Of a DNA stretch of 64,000 nt, positions 29,227 to 39,166 are shown piece by piece. This DNA is from Pseudomonadota bacterium (GTDB lineage: Bacteria > Pseudomonadota > Gammaproteobacteria > Pseudomonadales > UBA7434). Every line of letters begins with the position of its first letter. Positions within the stretch are counted from its first letter, which is position 1. The notes under the pieces were generated by a model that did no database searches, was not told the origin of the DNA, and saw nothing but the letters and a program-made list of their open reading frames with translations. The position numbers and the translations under genes were made by a program. Location: positions 13,821 to 77,820 of the forward strand of contig JAYYUJ010000047.1 in NCBI GenBank assembly GCA_036344075.1. The letters are read 5' to 3'.

Positions 29227-31782
29227 GTGAACTTACCTAGCTCGGCTAAAAATTTCGGCACCATTTTGGGACTTAGCATCTCTATTTGCTCCATAAGTGC
29301 TCACACTTCTGCTCAACAAATTGAAGAAATTACTGTTCAGGCAGTAAAAGACTTCTATTCCATCATGCCTGAAGAAAATAGTGAAAGTACGTTTGGTTTA
29401 AGCAAAAGCTTGGCAGAAACACCTCGCTCAATTACTGAAGTAAGAGCCGATTTGGTTGAGAAGTTTGTTCTGAGGAGTGTTGATGACCTGGTCAGACTAA
29501 CACCCGGAGCCTTCACAAGCTCATTTTTTGGCATTAAAGGTGCCATGGATATTAGGGGAGAGCCTGCTGATAACTATTTTAGGGGATTCCGAAGAATTGC
29601 TAACCCCGGCGCATTCAACACTATCGTTAGAGGCGCAGAAAAACTTGAAATCATGAGAGGACCAGTCTCTCCTCTATATGGCAGTGGTAGTGTCGGCGGT
29701 CAATTAAACTATACGCCTAAATCCTCGAAGGTTAAGGGTGATAAGTATATTGACGACATTACTGGCGGAGCCTCACTGACAGTGGGCTCATACCAGCAAC
29801 AAATCATCTCTGGTAACTTAGGTGCGCCCTTCATGCTTGGTGATAAGGAGGCGGGTGTCCATATCTTTGCCGAGTTAGAAGACTCTGAATCTTTTTTTGA
29901 TGGTTATTATCCCAGTAGTTTTCTCCTCCAAACTGCATTTGATGTAGACTGGAGTGATGAAACGAAGGTTGAGTTTGGATTCCAGTATCAGACCTCAGAC
30001 AGTATTCAGGTCCCAGGTTGGACACGTGTCACTCAGGACCTGATAGATAATGGTACTTATATCACAGGTGCCCCTCAGGAATTGAATTCAACAAACTTAA
30101 TTGGATTTGATACCCTATTGCCCCAAGAGTCTGCATTCATAGCACCATTTGCACCAGGGTTTTTGAATAATGCTTTCTCCAATACCGGTAGCTTCTGTAG
30201 CCGAGCAAGTAATGGAAATGAAAATGCCGTTTATGATGGTATTGATCTTTTCTGCCCGGGTGGATTTGGTAATTGGCTCGCAGATCCAGTGAATAATACA
30301 AATCCATTTCAGCTAACAAATGTGGGTACTGCGCAACTTGACCACGATACTACTTTTATTGATACGGTTGACTATGCTGACACAACTGCTTTCACAGCCT
30401 ACCTTGATATAACTCACGATCTTGATAACGGCATGATTTGGAAAAATGAAATCTTTTACGATTATCTCGAACACACCAAATACCAGAGCTGGGGTTTCAC
30501 AGCGTTTTACCCAGAGGTCGATACGTTTGAGCTGCGATCAAGTTTGACATTCAGTCTTGATGGCGATGCATGGACTTCTGAGAACATTGTCGGTGCTAAT
30601 TACCGCTATGAAGATCTTGAAATGTGGCATGCATGGTTTGATGAAACTTTCGACTTTCGTGACATGACTGTTGGCCCAACGCCTAATGACCGTATATCAC
30701 CGGCAACTTTTGATCCTTATTCAGCTGGAGCAACTTTAACTTATGACGCAAACGGTGATGTATCTGGTGTAGATGGCACTTTACTCCGTAACTTTAATGA
30801 GGTCCACTTATCAACTAATGAAAATATTGGCATCTTCGCCATGAGTGATATCTCTATCGATAAGTTCAATATACTACTTGGTGCTCGCTATGACGTATTC
30901 AATGTAGAATCTGAGGATGGCTGGGTTACATATTTAGGCCAGGCACAAGGGCAAGGCGTTATTGACGGCGATGAGGATGCCTTTAGTTACAATGTCAGTG
31001 TGTCATACACAGATGAAGGCTTTACTCCTTATGTGACTTATGCAGAATCTAATTCTCTAAGCCCCAACCAGGTCGGTGGCATTATACCCGCTACTGTTGA
31101 GAATGGTGAATTTGTTCAAGACTCTGAGCTGGCTGAGGTTGGTATTAAGTTCCAGAATGATTTTCTTTATGCCTCATTGTCCTACTATGACCAAGAAAAA
31201 TCTTTCCGTGATGACCAAACTAACGCCCTCGTTGCAGTATATGGTGATGGTGTTGAGTTGGAAGTAAGGGCATTAATCAATGATAGTTTTTCTATCCTAG
31301 GCACAGTTAGTTCAAGTGATACAACTGAAATATGTGATGGCTGCTTGGCTATTATGAATAGTGCTGACTTTGCCGAACAAAATGGATTGACTCCTGATCA
31401 AGTGTACGGCGGTAGAATAGGTGGTAACCGATCAACATTTGCAGCTCCTGGTAGTGAACTTGACCGAGGTGGCTTGCCTGATTTGGTTGCTAGTTTATAT
31501 GCTACATATACAACTTATTTTGAAGAATCGGAGCTTACAAGCAGTCTAGGCTTCACTTATGTCGATGAGGCATATAACGATGTCTTTGAGACAATTCTTC
31601 TGCCTGACTATACTATAGTCAATGGATCAATCAGTTATACAAAAGATGGTTTAACAGCGCTTCTTCAGGCAAACAATTTATTGGATGAAGAATATTATAC
31701 CAATGCTGACTTGTTTGATTCTGTTGTTATTAAGCCATCAGAGGGTAGAACATTCTCATTCATGTTATCCTATGAGTTCTAA
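29227..31782 (+). CDS. TonB-dependent receptor
   Basis: GTG start after AGGGGA, a signal peptide, plug motifs IEEITVQA and RGPVSPLYGSGSVGGQLNY, and C-terminal ...LSYEF. Confidence 0.85.
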   Translation: MNLPSSAKNFGTILGLSISICSISAHTSAQQIEEITVQAVKDFYSIMPEENSESTFGLSKSLAETPRSITEVRADLVEKFVLRSVDDLVRLTPGAFTSSFFGIKGAMDIRGEPADNYFRGFRRIANPGAFNTIVRGAEKLEIMRGPVSPLYGSGSVGGQLNYTPKSSKVKGDKYIDDITGGASLTVGSYQQQIISGNLGAPFMLGDKEAGVHIFAELEDSESFFDGYYPSSFLLQTAFDVDWSDETKVEFGFQYQTSDSIQVPGWTRVTQDLIDNGTYITGAPQELNSTNLIGFDTLLPQESAFIAPFAPGFLNNAFSNTGSFCSRASNGNENAVYDGIDLFCPGGFGNWLADPVNNTNPFQLTNVGTAQLDHDTTFIDTVDYADTTAFTAYLDITHDLDNGMIWKNEIFYDYLEHTKYQSWGFTAFYPEVDTFELRSSLTFSLDGDAWTSENIVGANYRYEDLEMWHAWFDETFDFRDMTVGPTPNDRISPATFDPYSAGATLTYDANGDVSGVDGTLLRNFNEVHLSTNENIGIFAMSDISIDKFNILLGARYDVFNVESEDGWVTYLGQAQGQGVIDGDEDAFSYNVSVSYTDEGFTPYVTYAESNSLSPNQVGGIIPATVENGEFVQDSELAEVGIKFQNDFLYASLSYYDQEKSFRDDQTNALVAVYGDGVELEVRALINDSFSILGTVSSSDTTEICDGCLAIMNSADFAEQNGLTPDQVYGGRIGGNRSTFAAPGSELDRGGLPDLVASLYATYTTYFEESELTSSLGFTYVDEAYNDVFETILLPDYTIVNGSISYTKDGLTALLQANNLLDEEYYTNADLFDSVVIKPSEGRTFSFMLSYEF

Positions 31783-31807
31783 AATTATTATTTGTCTCTC
31801 CTCCAAT

Positions 31808-31838
31808 GGGGTAAGCTGTTTATCGAGCAGCTTGCCCC
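31808..31838 (+). terminator. Hairpin downstream of the TBDR gene (weak terminator candidate)
   Basis: GGGGTAAGCTG-N9-CAGCTTGCCCC forms an 11-bp stem with one G-U pair. The T-rich run is not immediately adjacent. Confidence 0.35.
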
Positions 31839-31920
31839 ATTCCTAAAAATTTCTTTTTTGTTTTCTTGAAAAATTTTCGAACCAAGAGAGGGCAGAGTTC
31901 TTTACTGGGAAGAATATAAA

Positions 31921-33294
31921 ATGAATAATTACTCCAGTGATATACCAAGTAATAGCAACTCACCTCCAAGTCTTCTTTATGGGCTGAATGACAAGCCCAG
32001 TAAGGGGACAGCACTTCTCACAGGTTTTCAGCATCTATTAGCGGTTATTGGCGGCATCTTAACTGCACCGCTTGTGATTGCGCTAGGGATGGGCTTGTCA
32101 CTGGAACAAACAAACTACCTTATCACTTCTGCTTTAGTAATTTCAGGAGTTGCTACCAGTATTCAAATATCAAAAATAGGCATTATTGGCTCTGGATTAT
32201 TATCTATTCAGGGCACCAGTTTTACCTTTATGGGGGCAATTATTTTTTCATTCTATCAATTGCCATCTAGTATGAGTTCAGATGAAAAATTGGCCACTAT
32301 TTTAGGAAGTTGTATAGTAGCTTCTCTTGTAATGGCAGTGCTTGCTTATAATATAAAAAAAATTAAAAAAGTATTTTCACCTGCCGTTCTTGGTGCAACA
32401 ATAGTAATGTTAGGGATGAATTTGGTTTGGACAACGCTTCAAAACTTAGTAAGAGAATTCAATAATCAAAGTGCTTTAGACCTTGGTTGGACTGTTATTT
32501 TGTTAAGTAGCCTAGTCTTTTTTTTAACCCTGTTGATGTCACTGTCAAAAAATCAATGGGCAAAGCTCTCGAGCATCATGATAGGCTTATTCTTTGGCTA
32601 TGCCATTGCAATAGGTCTTGGGATGGTTAACTTCTCAAAATTATCAACCCTTGATAATACCGCCATACCAGTTCCATTCAATTTTGGGGTAGGGTTTGAT
32701 TTTGGAGTCTTTCTGATTCTTCTGCCAGTCTTCATAGTCTCTGCTACCGAATCAATAGGCGACTTAACGGCAACAAGTAAATTAAGTGGATTAGAAACGA
32801 CAGGGGATAATTATTGGGATCGTATTAGAGGGGGAGTCATCGGTGATTCAATCAACTCTCTTTTAGCAGGCTTTTTCGCGACATTTCCAAACACCACATT
32901 CAGTCAAAATTGTGGTGTTATACAACTAACAGGTATCGCTAGTCGATACATTGGTTATATAACCGCTTTCCTCTTAGTAGTTCTGGGTTTATTCCCCAAG
33001 ATAGGTGGCTTATTTCAAATCATTCCGCCCTCAGTAATATACGGTAGTACTCTGCTGATGTTTTCATTGGTGATTTTTGCAGGGTTAAATATTTTAAGAA
33101 GCAGTGATATTGGAAAGCGAGGGGTACTTATTTCATGCGTGTCTATAATCTGCGGGTGGCTGATAAGCTCAAATGTTGATAACCTAGAATCATTACCAGA
33201 AACATTAATGATGTTACTTAGCTTTCCTGTCTCGACGACGGCATTTATAGCAATGCTTATGGAGTTAACATTGCCAAAGATTAGTAAAAATTAA
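31921..33294 (+). CDS. NCS2/NAT-family nucleobase permease (xanthine/urate type)
   Basis: 457 aa polytopic protein with LTGFQHLL and the NAT signature SQNCGVIQLTG (QNxGxxxxTG). Confidence 0.85.
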   Translation: MNNYSSDIPSNSNSPPSLLYGLNDKPSKGTALLTGFQHLLAVIGGILTAPLVIALGMGLSLEQTNYLITSALVISGVATSIQISKIGIIGSGLLSIQGTSFTFMGAIIFSFYQLPSSMSSDEKLATILGSCIVASLVMAVLAYNIKKIKKVFSPAVLGATIVMLGMNLVWTTLQNLVREFNNQSALDLGWTVILLSSLVFFLTLLMSLSKNQWAKLSSIMIGLFFGYAIAIGLGMVNFSKLSTLDNTAIPVPFNFGVGFDFGVFLILLPVFIVSATESIGDLTATSKLSGLETTGDNYWDRIRGGVIGDSINSLLAGFFATFPNTTFSQNCGVIQLTGIASRYIGYITAFLLVVLGLFPKIGGLFQIIPPSVIYGSTLLMFSLVIFAGLNILRSSDIGKRGVLISCVSIICGWLISSNVDNLESLPETLMMLLSFPVSTTAFIAMLMELTLPKISKN

Positions 33295-33360
33295 TAGCTG
33301 AATTCAAGTTCTATTAACAAATATTACAATCAATCATTGCTTTTAGAAGGATATTAAAAA

Positions 33361-34407
33361 TTGTTTCGTTTCCTTTCGTTATTGATACTGCCTTTTTTCG
33401 TAGTAAGTTGCTCTGATACTGAGAATAATTTTAACGCCCCAATTCCAATAAAAGTTGTTGTTGTAACTATGTTCGATAGAGGTGTTGATGGCGAGTTTTA
33501 TCGTTGGCAAGATAGGAGAAAGTTGGATACTGTCTTCGAAGCCCCTAATATGCATCATGATATTCATGTTAATCTGGAGACTGGTGTTATGGGCATTGTT
33601 ACCGGGATGGGGACTGCTAATTCGGCCGCATCAATTATGGCATTGGGTTTGGATTCAAGATTTGATTTAACCTCGGCTTACTGGTTGGTTGTTGGCATTG
33701 CCGGTTTTGATCCAGAGGATGCTTCTTTAGGTTCAGTCGCCATCGCAGATTTTTTAGTTGATGGCGATTTGGCTCATGAAATTGATTCTAGAGAAATCCC
33801 GGATGATTGGTCAGATGGTTTCTTCCCATTATTTAGTAAAGGGCCAAATGATGAAAATCGAAAAAATTATCAAATAGGCGAGGTTTTTCAACTCAAAAAA
33901 ACTTTTGTTGACTGGGCCTATAATCTTACTAATTCGATAGAATTATATGATGATGAAAAACTGTCTTTGATTAGAGATTTATATGTTGACTATCCGCAAG
34001 CTGTTAGAAAGCCTTTTGTACTTAGAGGCGATCAACTTGCAGCAATGACTTTTTGGCACGGGAATATGTTGAATGATTGGGCTAATAGGTGGGTAGATTA
34101 TTGGTCTAAGGGTGAAGGCGAATTTGTTTCTTCCGCTATGGAGGACACTGGAACATTTCAGTCCTTAGATTACCTTGATAGGGGAGGGTATGTAGATAAA
34201 GACAGATTGTTAGTAATTAGGACAGCCAGCAACTTCACAATTCCTGCGCCTAACGTGAGTGCAGTTGATAATTTGCTTAATGAACAGCATGGTGGTTATA
34301 CTGGTCTTGAGGTTGCGTTAGAAAATGGCTACATTGTTGGGAGTAAAATAATTGATGAGCTCTTAACTGACTGGCAAATATATAAAAATAATATTCCATC
34401 TATTTAG
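33361..34407 (+). CDS. NUP-family (annotated purine nucleoside permease) lipoprotein
   Basis: TTG start after AAGGA and a lipobox FFVVSC. The pattern IKVVVVTMF...GE...W is typical of PF06516-type proteins (from memory). Confidence 0.65.
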   Translation: MFRFLSLLILPFFVVSCSDTENNFNAPIPIKVVVVTMFDRGVDGEFYRWQDRRKLDTVFEAPNMHHDIHVNLETGVMGIVTGMGTANSAASIMALGLDSRFDLTSAYWLVVGIAGFDPEDASLGSVAIADFLVDGDLAHEIDSREIPDDWSDGFFPLFSKGPNDENRKNYQIGEVFQLKKTFVDWAYNLTNSIELYDDEKLSLIRDLYVDYPQAVRKPFVLRGDQLAAMTFWHGNMLNDWANRWVDYWSKGEGEFVSSAMEDTGTFQSLDYLDRGGYVDKDRLLVIRTASNFTIPAPNVSAVDNLLNEQHGGYTGLEVALENGYIVGSKIIDELLTDWQIYKNNIPSI

Positions 34408-34444
34408 ATACCCATAAAACTATTCAATTTTTCAGCCTGATGAT

Positions 34445-35893
34445 ATGAATGAATTTGATTTGCCTTTATTTATTCGGGGTCAAATAATCGAAGATGATTG
34501 GTGCGATTATAGCTTGCGACATAATGGGAAGAGCTTCCGCGCCCCTAATCTGCATCGATATATCAAAAATCTACCCCTCTCGAATCCTAAAGCATTAAAG
34601 GATCTTCAGGATATAAATTTCGGAGAAATTCTTGATGTGCTTGAGGAGTTAGGTAAGAATTTAGATTTTGATAAGAATCCCTATATCCGGCAGGCTTATA
34701 AAGCAAGCTTAGTCGCGGCACCATATCCTCCAGCCATGTTAAAGAATAGTTATCTTATGCTTCCTTCGGCATTCAACCGAGATTCGATTGAGGAGATTGC
34801 CGAAAAGCGAATTGGCATTGATTATTTAGACGGTTGGGTCAGCCAGGAATTGTTAGATGGAAGAATTCTTAATGTTCGTGCTTTTGGTGCCCGTTCGTTA
34901 CATATCCCTGCCGGCAATGGTGGCCTAGTGTCAGCAATTACACTGATCAGAAACGCCATCACAAGGAGTGACGCTATCATCAAAGCGCCTTCCAATGACC
35001 CTATGACGGCTATGGCACTGGCTAGGACCTTGGCTGAAATTGCCCCTAATCATCCTTTAACAAATCATCTTAGTGTTGCCTATTGGAAAGGGGGTGATGA
35101 AAATATTGAACAGCAATTATTTAGACCTGAACATATAGAGAAGATTGTTGCTTGGGGTGGTTTTAGTTCGGTGAAACATATCACTCAGTTTATCCAGCCT
35201 GGTCTGGAAATGATCGCTTTGGATCCTAAGCGGAGTGCGACAATAATTGGCCCTGAGGCGTTCCTAGATCAAACAACGATGAAAGAAGTTGCTAAAAGGG
35301 CGGCTTGTGACATAGCGATGGCCAATCAGGAGGCTTGTGCCAGTGCGAGAATAATTTATGTTCTGTGCGGGACTGATGTAGACGCGATAGAAAACCTCAA
35401 TTTTTTTGGCAAGCTTATATATGAAGCAATGCTATCAATGCCTAGCGAATTAACTTCAAAGCCAGTAAACTTTGATCGCGAGTTGCGTGATCAAATGGAG
35501 GCTACACGGTTAGATGATACCTTTTATCGAATTATCGGTGGTGAAGATAATGAGGGTGCTATCATTGTTTCCCAATTTGATGAGCCTGTTGACTATTCAG
35601 CTTTATTAAGTGGTCGTGTTGCTAATCTAGTACCAATCGACGATATCAAAAAAGTTACGGATGCTGTGAATGCTTATACCCAAACGGTTGGTATCTATCC
35701 TGAGAATTTAAAAAAACAATTACGTGATGAGCTCCCTATCTACGGAGCCCAGCGATTAACATCATTGGGTTATGCTTGTAATGTGACTTCTGCTTCACCT
35801 CAAGATGCGATTGAACCGGTTCGTCGAATGTGTAAATGGGTATTTGAAGAGGAATGTGATCCTAAAAAAGTCCATCCTTTATGGAGTTCTTAA
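34445..35893 (+). CDS. LuxC-like acyl-CoA (acyl-protein) reductase
   Basis: LHIPAGNGGLVSAITLIRNAITRSDAIIKAPSNDPMTAMALA, PNHPLTNHLSVAYW, IVAWGG and QEACASARIIYV parallel LuxC HLLAGNVPLSG...IIKTSSTDP, PNHPITRSLSVIYW, VIVAWGG and QRACFSAQNIYY (from memory). Confidence 0.85.
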   Translation: MNEFDLPLFIRGQIIEDDWCDYSLRHNGKSFRAPNLHRYIKNLPLSNPKALKDLQDINFGEILDVLEELGKNLDFDKNPYIRQAYKASLVAAPYPPAMLKNSYLMLPSAFNRDSIEEIAEKRIGIDYLDGWVSQELLDGRILNVRAFGARSLHIPAGNGGLVSAITLIRNAITRSDAIIKAPSNDPMTAMALARTLAEIAPNHPLTNHLSVAYWKGGDENIEQQLFRPEHIEKIVAWGGFSSVKHITQFIQPGLEMIALDPKRSATIIGPEAFLDQTTMKEVAKRAACDIAMANQEACASARIIYVLCGTDVDAIENLNFFGKLIYEAMLSMPSELTSKPVNFDRELRDQMEATRLDDTFYRIIGGEDNEGAIIVSQFDEPVDYSALLSGRVANLVPIDDIKKVTDAVNAYTQTVGIYPENLKKQLRDELPIYGAQRLTSLGYACNVTSASPQDAIEPVRRMCKWVFEEECDPKKVHPLWSS

Positions 35894-36209
35894 CTTTTAA
35901 GAGCTGCTGGAAAGTAAATGCTTAAGATTTTACCAAATGTATGTTTTAGTATTTTCTTTGCCTCGGGGTTGGTAATATTATTTTTTAAGCTAAGAGATTT
36001 TTTAGCTTTTCAATTCACAGCTGGTTGATTTTCCCTCAATCCCAAACTTTTATTCATATAATCAATTGTACAGTTAATTATATCTCAGAGTATTGTATAA
36101 TGGTGGATTATCCAATTTAACATTCAGATTTATTTTTGTCTGTTTTTCTGGCTATCACTATTTTTTTCATTGTAATTTAAGAGTTATTTTCTATTTTTTG
36201 AGGCCATTA

Positions 36210-38489
36210 ATGAAATCATATCTTCCTTTATTGTTAACTACTCTTTTTCTATCTATCAATGTTTTTGCTAATGGGTCATCGCCAACTCTTGAAGAGATTT
36301 TTGTAACAGCAGAAAAGAAATCAGAGAGCTTACAGGATTTATCTCAAGCGGTTACTGCGCTCACTGATGAGGACCTTGATGTAAAGCAGATTACTTCTTT
36401 TGTTGACTTGAGTGCTATAGCGCCAGGAGTGAACGTTGCCAAAAATGAAGGTTTTAAAACGGTAATTACTATTCGTGGCATCGGTAATGAAGCTAATCAA
36501 AATGCTATTGCCAACCCTTCCGTCTCATATCACCTAGATGGCGTGTATATAGCTTCTCCATTTTCACTTCAGACAGATTTTCTTGATTTAGAACGGGTTG
36601 AGGTTTTAAGGGGCCCCCAAGGGACTTTATTTGGTCAGAACTCAACTGGTGGTGCTATAAACGTTATAACCAAAGCACCCAGCCTCGATAATTCTTTTGG
36701 TAAGTTCGATGTTACTTTAGGTAACTACGATCTTATAAAATTTCGCGCATCATATAATCAGGTTCTATCGGATACTATTGCTATACGAGGATCTATAATT
36801 TCACATGAAAGAGATGGCTTTTCTGAAAACCTTACTCTTAGTCAAGATTTAGACGATGCAGATAGTTTATCTGGGCGGATTAGACTTTTATACCAACCTA
36901 GCGATGATTTTAGAGCTTTTTTAACGGCACAATATTTTGATGAGGATAGGAATGGTGCTGCTCAAAAAGGTTTGGCAGACACTACTCCTGACCCTAGAGA
37001 ATTAAGGCAAGATGAGCTTTCAGAATATGCTTTGACTTCTGAGTTGTACAGTCTCACTTTAGAAAAAGACTTTGATGCGTTTACGTTTAAGTCGATCACA
37101 AGTTATCAAAAAGACGATATTCTCATCCGAAGAGATAATGATAGACATGATTGGTTTGCAGATCCGCAATTTACTTTTCTGAATTCATACTTTGATCCTG
37201 AGACTAACGTTCAGAAAACTGTAACCCAAGAATTCAATTTGATATCTAATGAGCCAGCATTTGGAATGCTTGATTGGGTTGTAGGCGCTTTTTACCTTGA
37301 CACAGAGGTTGAAATTTTAATTAGAGAGCGGATTGATAATGTCAATTTTGATGGTGAATTAGCTCCTTACACTGTTCAAGAAGTTCTGGGTTTTGGTGGT
37401 GAGGTGGGATTTATATCTGATTCTAAGCCAGAGAGAGAGTCTTATTCTTTATATGGGCAGGGCACTTTTAACATATCTGAATCAACCAGACTTATTGCAG
37501 GGCTTCGCTATACTGAGGATGAGGTATACAGTGAAGTTACTAATTTCTTTGGTAGGTCTGGCACTGATATCCTAGAAATAGAGAGCGATAAGGTAACAAG
37601 TCGCTTTGCTTTGGAGGTTGATGTTAACGATTCCACCATGTGGTATACCTCATATACAAAAGGATTTAAACCTGGTGGCTCTAACTTAACCTTTGGTCGC
37701 GAGGCGGTCGTAGCACCTATTGTCGTTTTACCTACATATGATGAAGAAGTTGTTGATGCTTTTGAGGTGGGATTGAAAACTGATCTACTTGAAGGTCGAT
37801 TGCGTTTAAATGCTGCTGCTTTCATGTATGACTATGAGGGTCTTCAGTATCAGGCGACTGAGGCAGAAATTTTTGAAGGCGGCGTCGGAAATATTCCAGA
37901 ATCTGAAATTAAGGGTTTTGAGTTAGAGGGAACAGCATTTTTAACTGATAGTCTAGTGCTTGATGCGCGACTAGCTTGGCTAGAGACTGAGATTACCGAG
38001 GATCATTTTGCAATTGACAATGTCCAGTCAGATATCGCAACAAATGCTCTCCTGGGTCCAAATGATTGTAATGGGAACTTATTTTGCGATGCTATTCAAG
38101 TGGCGAGATATGGGGCGCTCCAAAACGTAAATGGTAATGAGCTAGCGAAAACACCGAGTTTCACTAGTAATGTCTCATTAAATTGGAATAAAGAGATGGC
38201 ATCTGTAGTTAGAAAAGTTGTACTATCTTATACATACAGAGGCGACTTTCAACATCGAATTTTTAATAATTCTACGACTGATAATGTGCCAAGTTATGAA
38301 GTTTTTGATTTATTGATTGGCTTTTATCCATTTAAAGAAAACTCGCCATTTGTTGAGTTCATTGCTAAGAATTTAGATGATGCGGATGGAATCAATGCAC
38401 GAATGACTGATGTGTTTGGTGTTGGTGCTACAGGAGATGAGCTAATACCACCTAAACAATTAATGATTAGAGTTGGTCAAAATTTTTAG
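36210..38489 (+). CDS. TonB-dependent receptor
   Basis: ATG 36210 after GAGG with signal peptide MKSYLPLLLTTLFLSINVFA. The track start 36093 is an implausible extension. Plug motif VEVLRGPQGTLFGQNSTGGAINV and terminal ...VGQNF. Confidence 0.9.
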   Translation: MKSYLPLLLTTLFLSINVFANGSSPTLEEIFVTAEKKSESLQDLSQAVTALTDEDLDVKQITSFVDLSAIAPGVNVAKNEGFKTVITIRGIGNEANQNAIANPSVSYHLDGVYIASPFSLQTDFLDLERVEVLRGPQGTLFGQNSTGGAINVITKAPSLDNSFGKFDVTLGNYDLIKFRASYNQVLSDTIAIRGSIISHERDGFSENLTLSQDLDDADSLSGRIRLLYQPSDDFRAFLTAQYFDEDRNGAAQKGLADTTPDPRELRQDELSEYALTSELYSLTLEKDFDAFTFKSITSYQKDDILIRRDNDRHDWFADPQFTFLNSYFDPETNVQKTVTQEFNLISNEPAFGMLDWVVGAFYLDTEVEILIRERIDNVNFDGELAPYTVQEVLGFGGEVGFISDSKPERESYSLYGQGTFNISESTRLIAGLRYTEDEVYSEVTNFFGRSGTDILEIESDKVTSRFALEVDVNDSTMWYTSYTKGFKPGGSNLTFGREAVVAPIVVLPTYDEEVVDAFEVGLKTDLLEGRLRLNAAAFMYDYEGLQYQATEAEIFEGGVGNIPESEIKGFELEGTAFLTDSLVLDARLAWLETEITEDHFAIDNVQSDIATNALLGPNDCNGNLFCDAIQVARYGALQNVNGNELAKTPSFTSNVSLNWNKEMASVVRKVVLSYTYRGDFQHRIFNNSTTDNVPSYEVFDLLIGFYPFKENSPFVEFIAKNLDDADGINARMTDVFGVGATGDELIPPKQLMIRVGQNF

Positions 38490-38497
38490 CTTGATGC

Positions 38498-38537
38498 AGA
38501 AGCCTCTGATTGGTTAAAGTTAGAGGCTTTTTTTTTT
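38498..38537 (+). terminator. Rho-independent terminator
   Basis: AAGCCTCT-N14-AGAGGCTT followed by a run of 9-10 T, starting 9 nt after the TBDR stop. Confidence 0.75.
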
Positions 38538-38548
38538 GTGTTTAATTT

Positions 38549-39115
38549 ATGAAAAAAACATATATTCAAGCTGATAAGCTTCTGGAAGATTCATTTCTCT
38601 TGGCATGGAAAATCTATGAGAGCGGATACTTGCCTAACTACATTGTCGGTGTTTGGAGGGGTGGCGCGCCTATTGGAATTGCTGTTCAAGAATTCCTTGA
38701 CGTGATTGGCATTCAGTCTGACCATATTGCAATCAGGACATCTTCCTATACAGGTATAGGCCAACGCAGTAAAGAAATTAAAGTTCATGGATTAAGCTAT
38801 GTTATTAAAAAGTTTGAATCTGAGGATTCACTTTTAATCGTTGACGATGTTTATGATACGGGGCTTTCGGTCCAACAAACTATTAAAGATATTAAAACAG
38901 CCTGTAAGAAAAATACTCCAGAAATTAGAGTTGCTACACCCTACTTTAAACCCAACAGTAATCAAACAGATAACACCCCTGATTATTATCTCCATGAGAC
39001 AGATGATTGGCTTGTGTTCCCTCACGAATTGCATGGTTTGACAAAACAAGAAATTGCCGATAACAAACCGCAACTATCAAGTCTTATTGATAAGATAGGT
39101 GATCTAATAACTTAA
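38549..39115 (+). CDS. Type I phosphoribosyltransferase, Gpt-like purine PRTase
   Basis: PRPP motif LLIVDDVYDTGLS. VWRGGAPIGIAVQEFL...IRTSSY parallels E. coli Gpt VSRGGLVPGALLAREL...ISSY (from memory). Confidence 0.7.
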   Translation: MKKTYIQADKLLEDSFLLAWKIYESGYLPNYIVGVWRGGAPIGIAVQEFLDVIGIQSDHIAIRTSSYTGIGQRSKEIKVHGLSYVIKKFESEDSLLIVDDVYDTGLSVQQTIKDIKTACKKNTPEIRVATPYFKPNSNQTDNTPDYYLHETDDWLVFPHELHGLTKQEIADNKPQLSSLIDKIGDLIT

Positions 39116-39166
39116 ATTTTCTAAGATAGTAAAAAATTTCTCTTCCTTAAACGGATTGCTTCTTCC

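Noticed and set aside
36093-36209. N-terminal extensions in the ORF track (also 43540-43632, 52821-52925, 47625-47669, 56958-57023, 6797-6871, 13791-13859, 5043-5099, 6674-6706, 61124-61159)
   Set aside because: The extensions lack RBS support, would bury signal peptides, overlap upstream terminators or genes, and have non-protein-like sequence. Internal starts with RBS and signal peptides fit better.
35894-36209. Possible riboswitch (for example cobalamin) or terminator upstream of the second TBDR
   Set aside because: No B12-box-like GCCACTG core is present. Only a weak AAGCTAA/TTAGCTT hairpin and a TGTATAAT -10-like element are seen, which is insufficient for a call.
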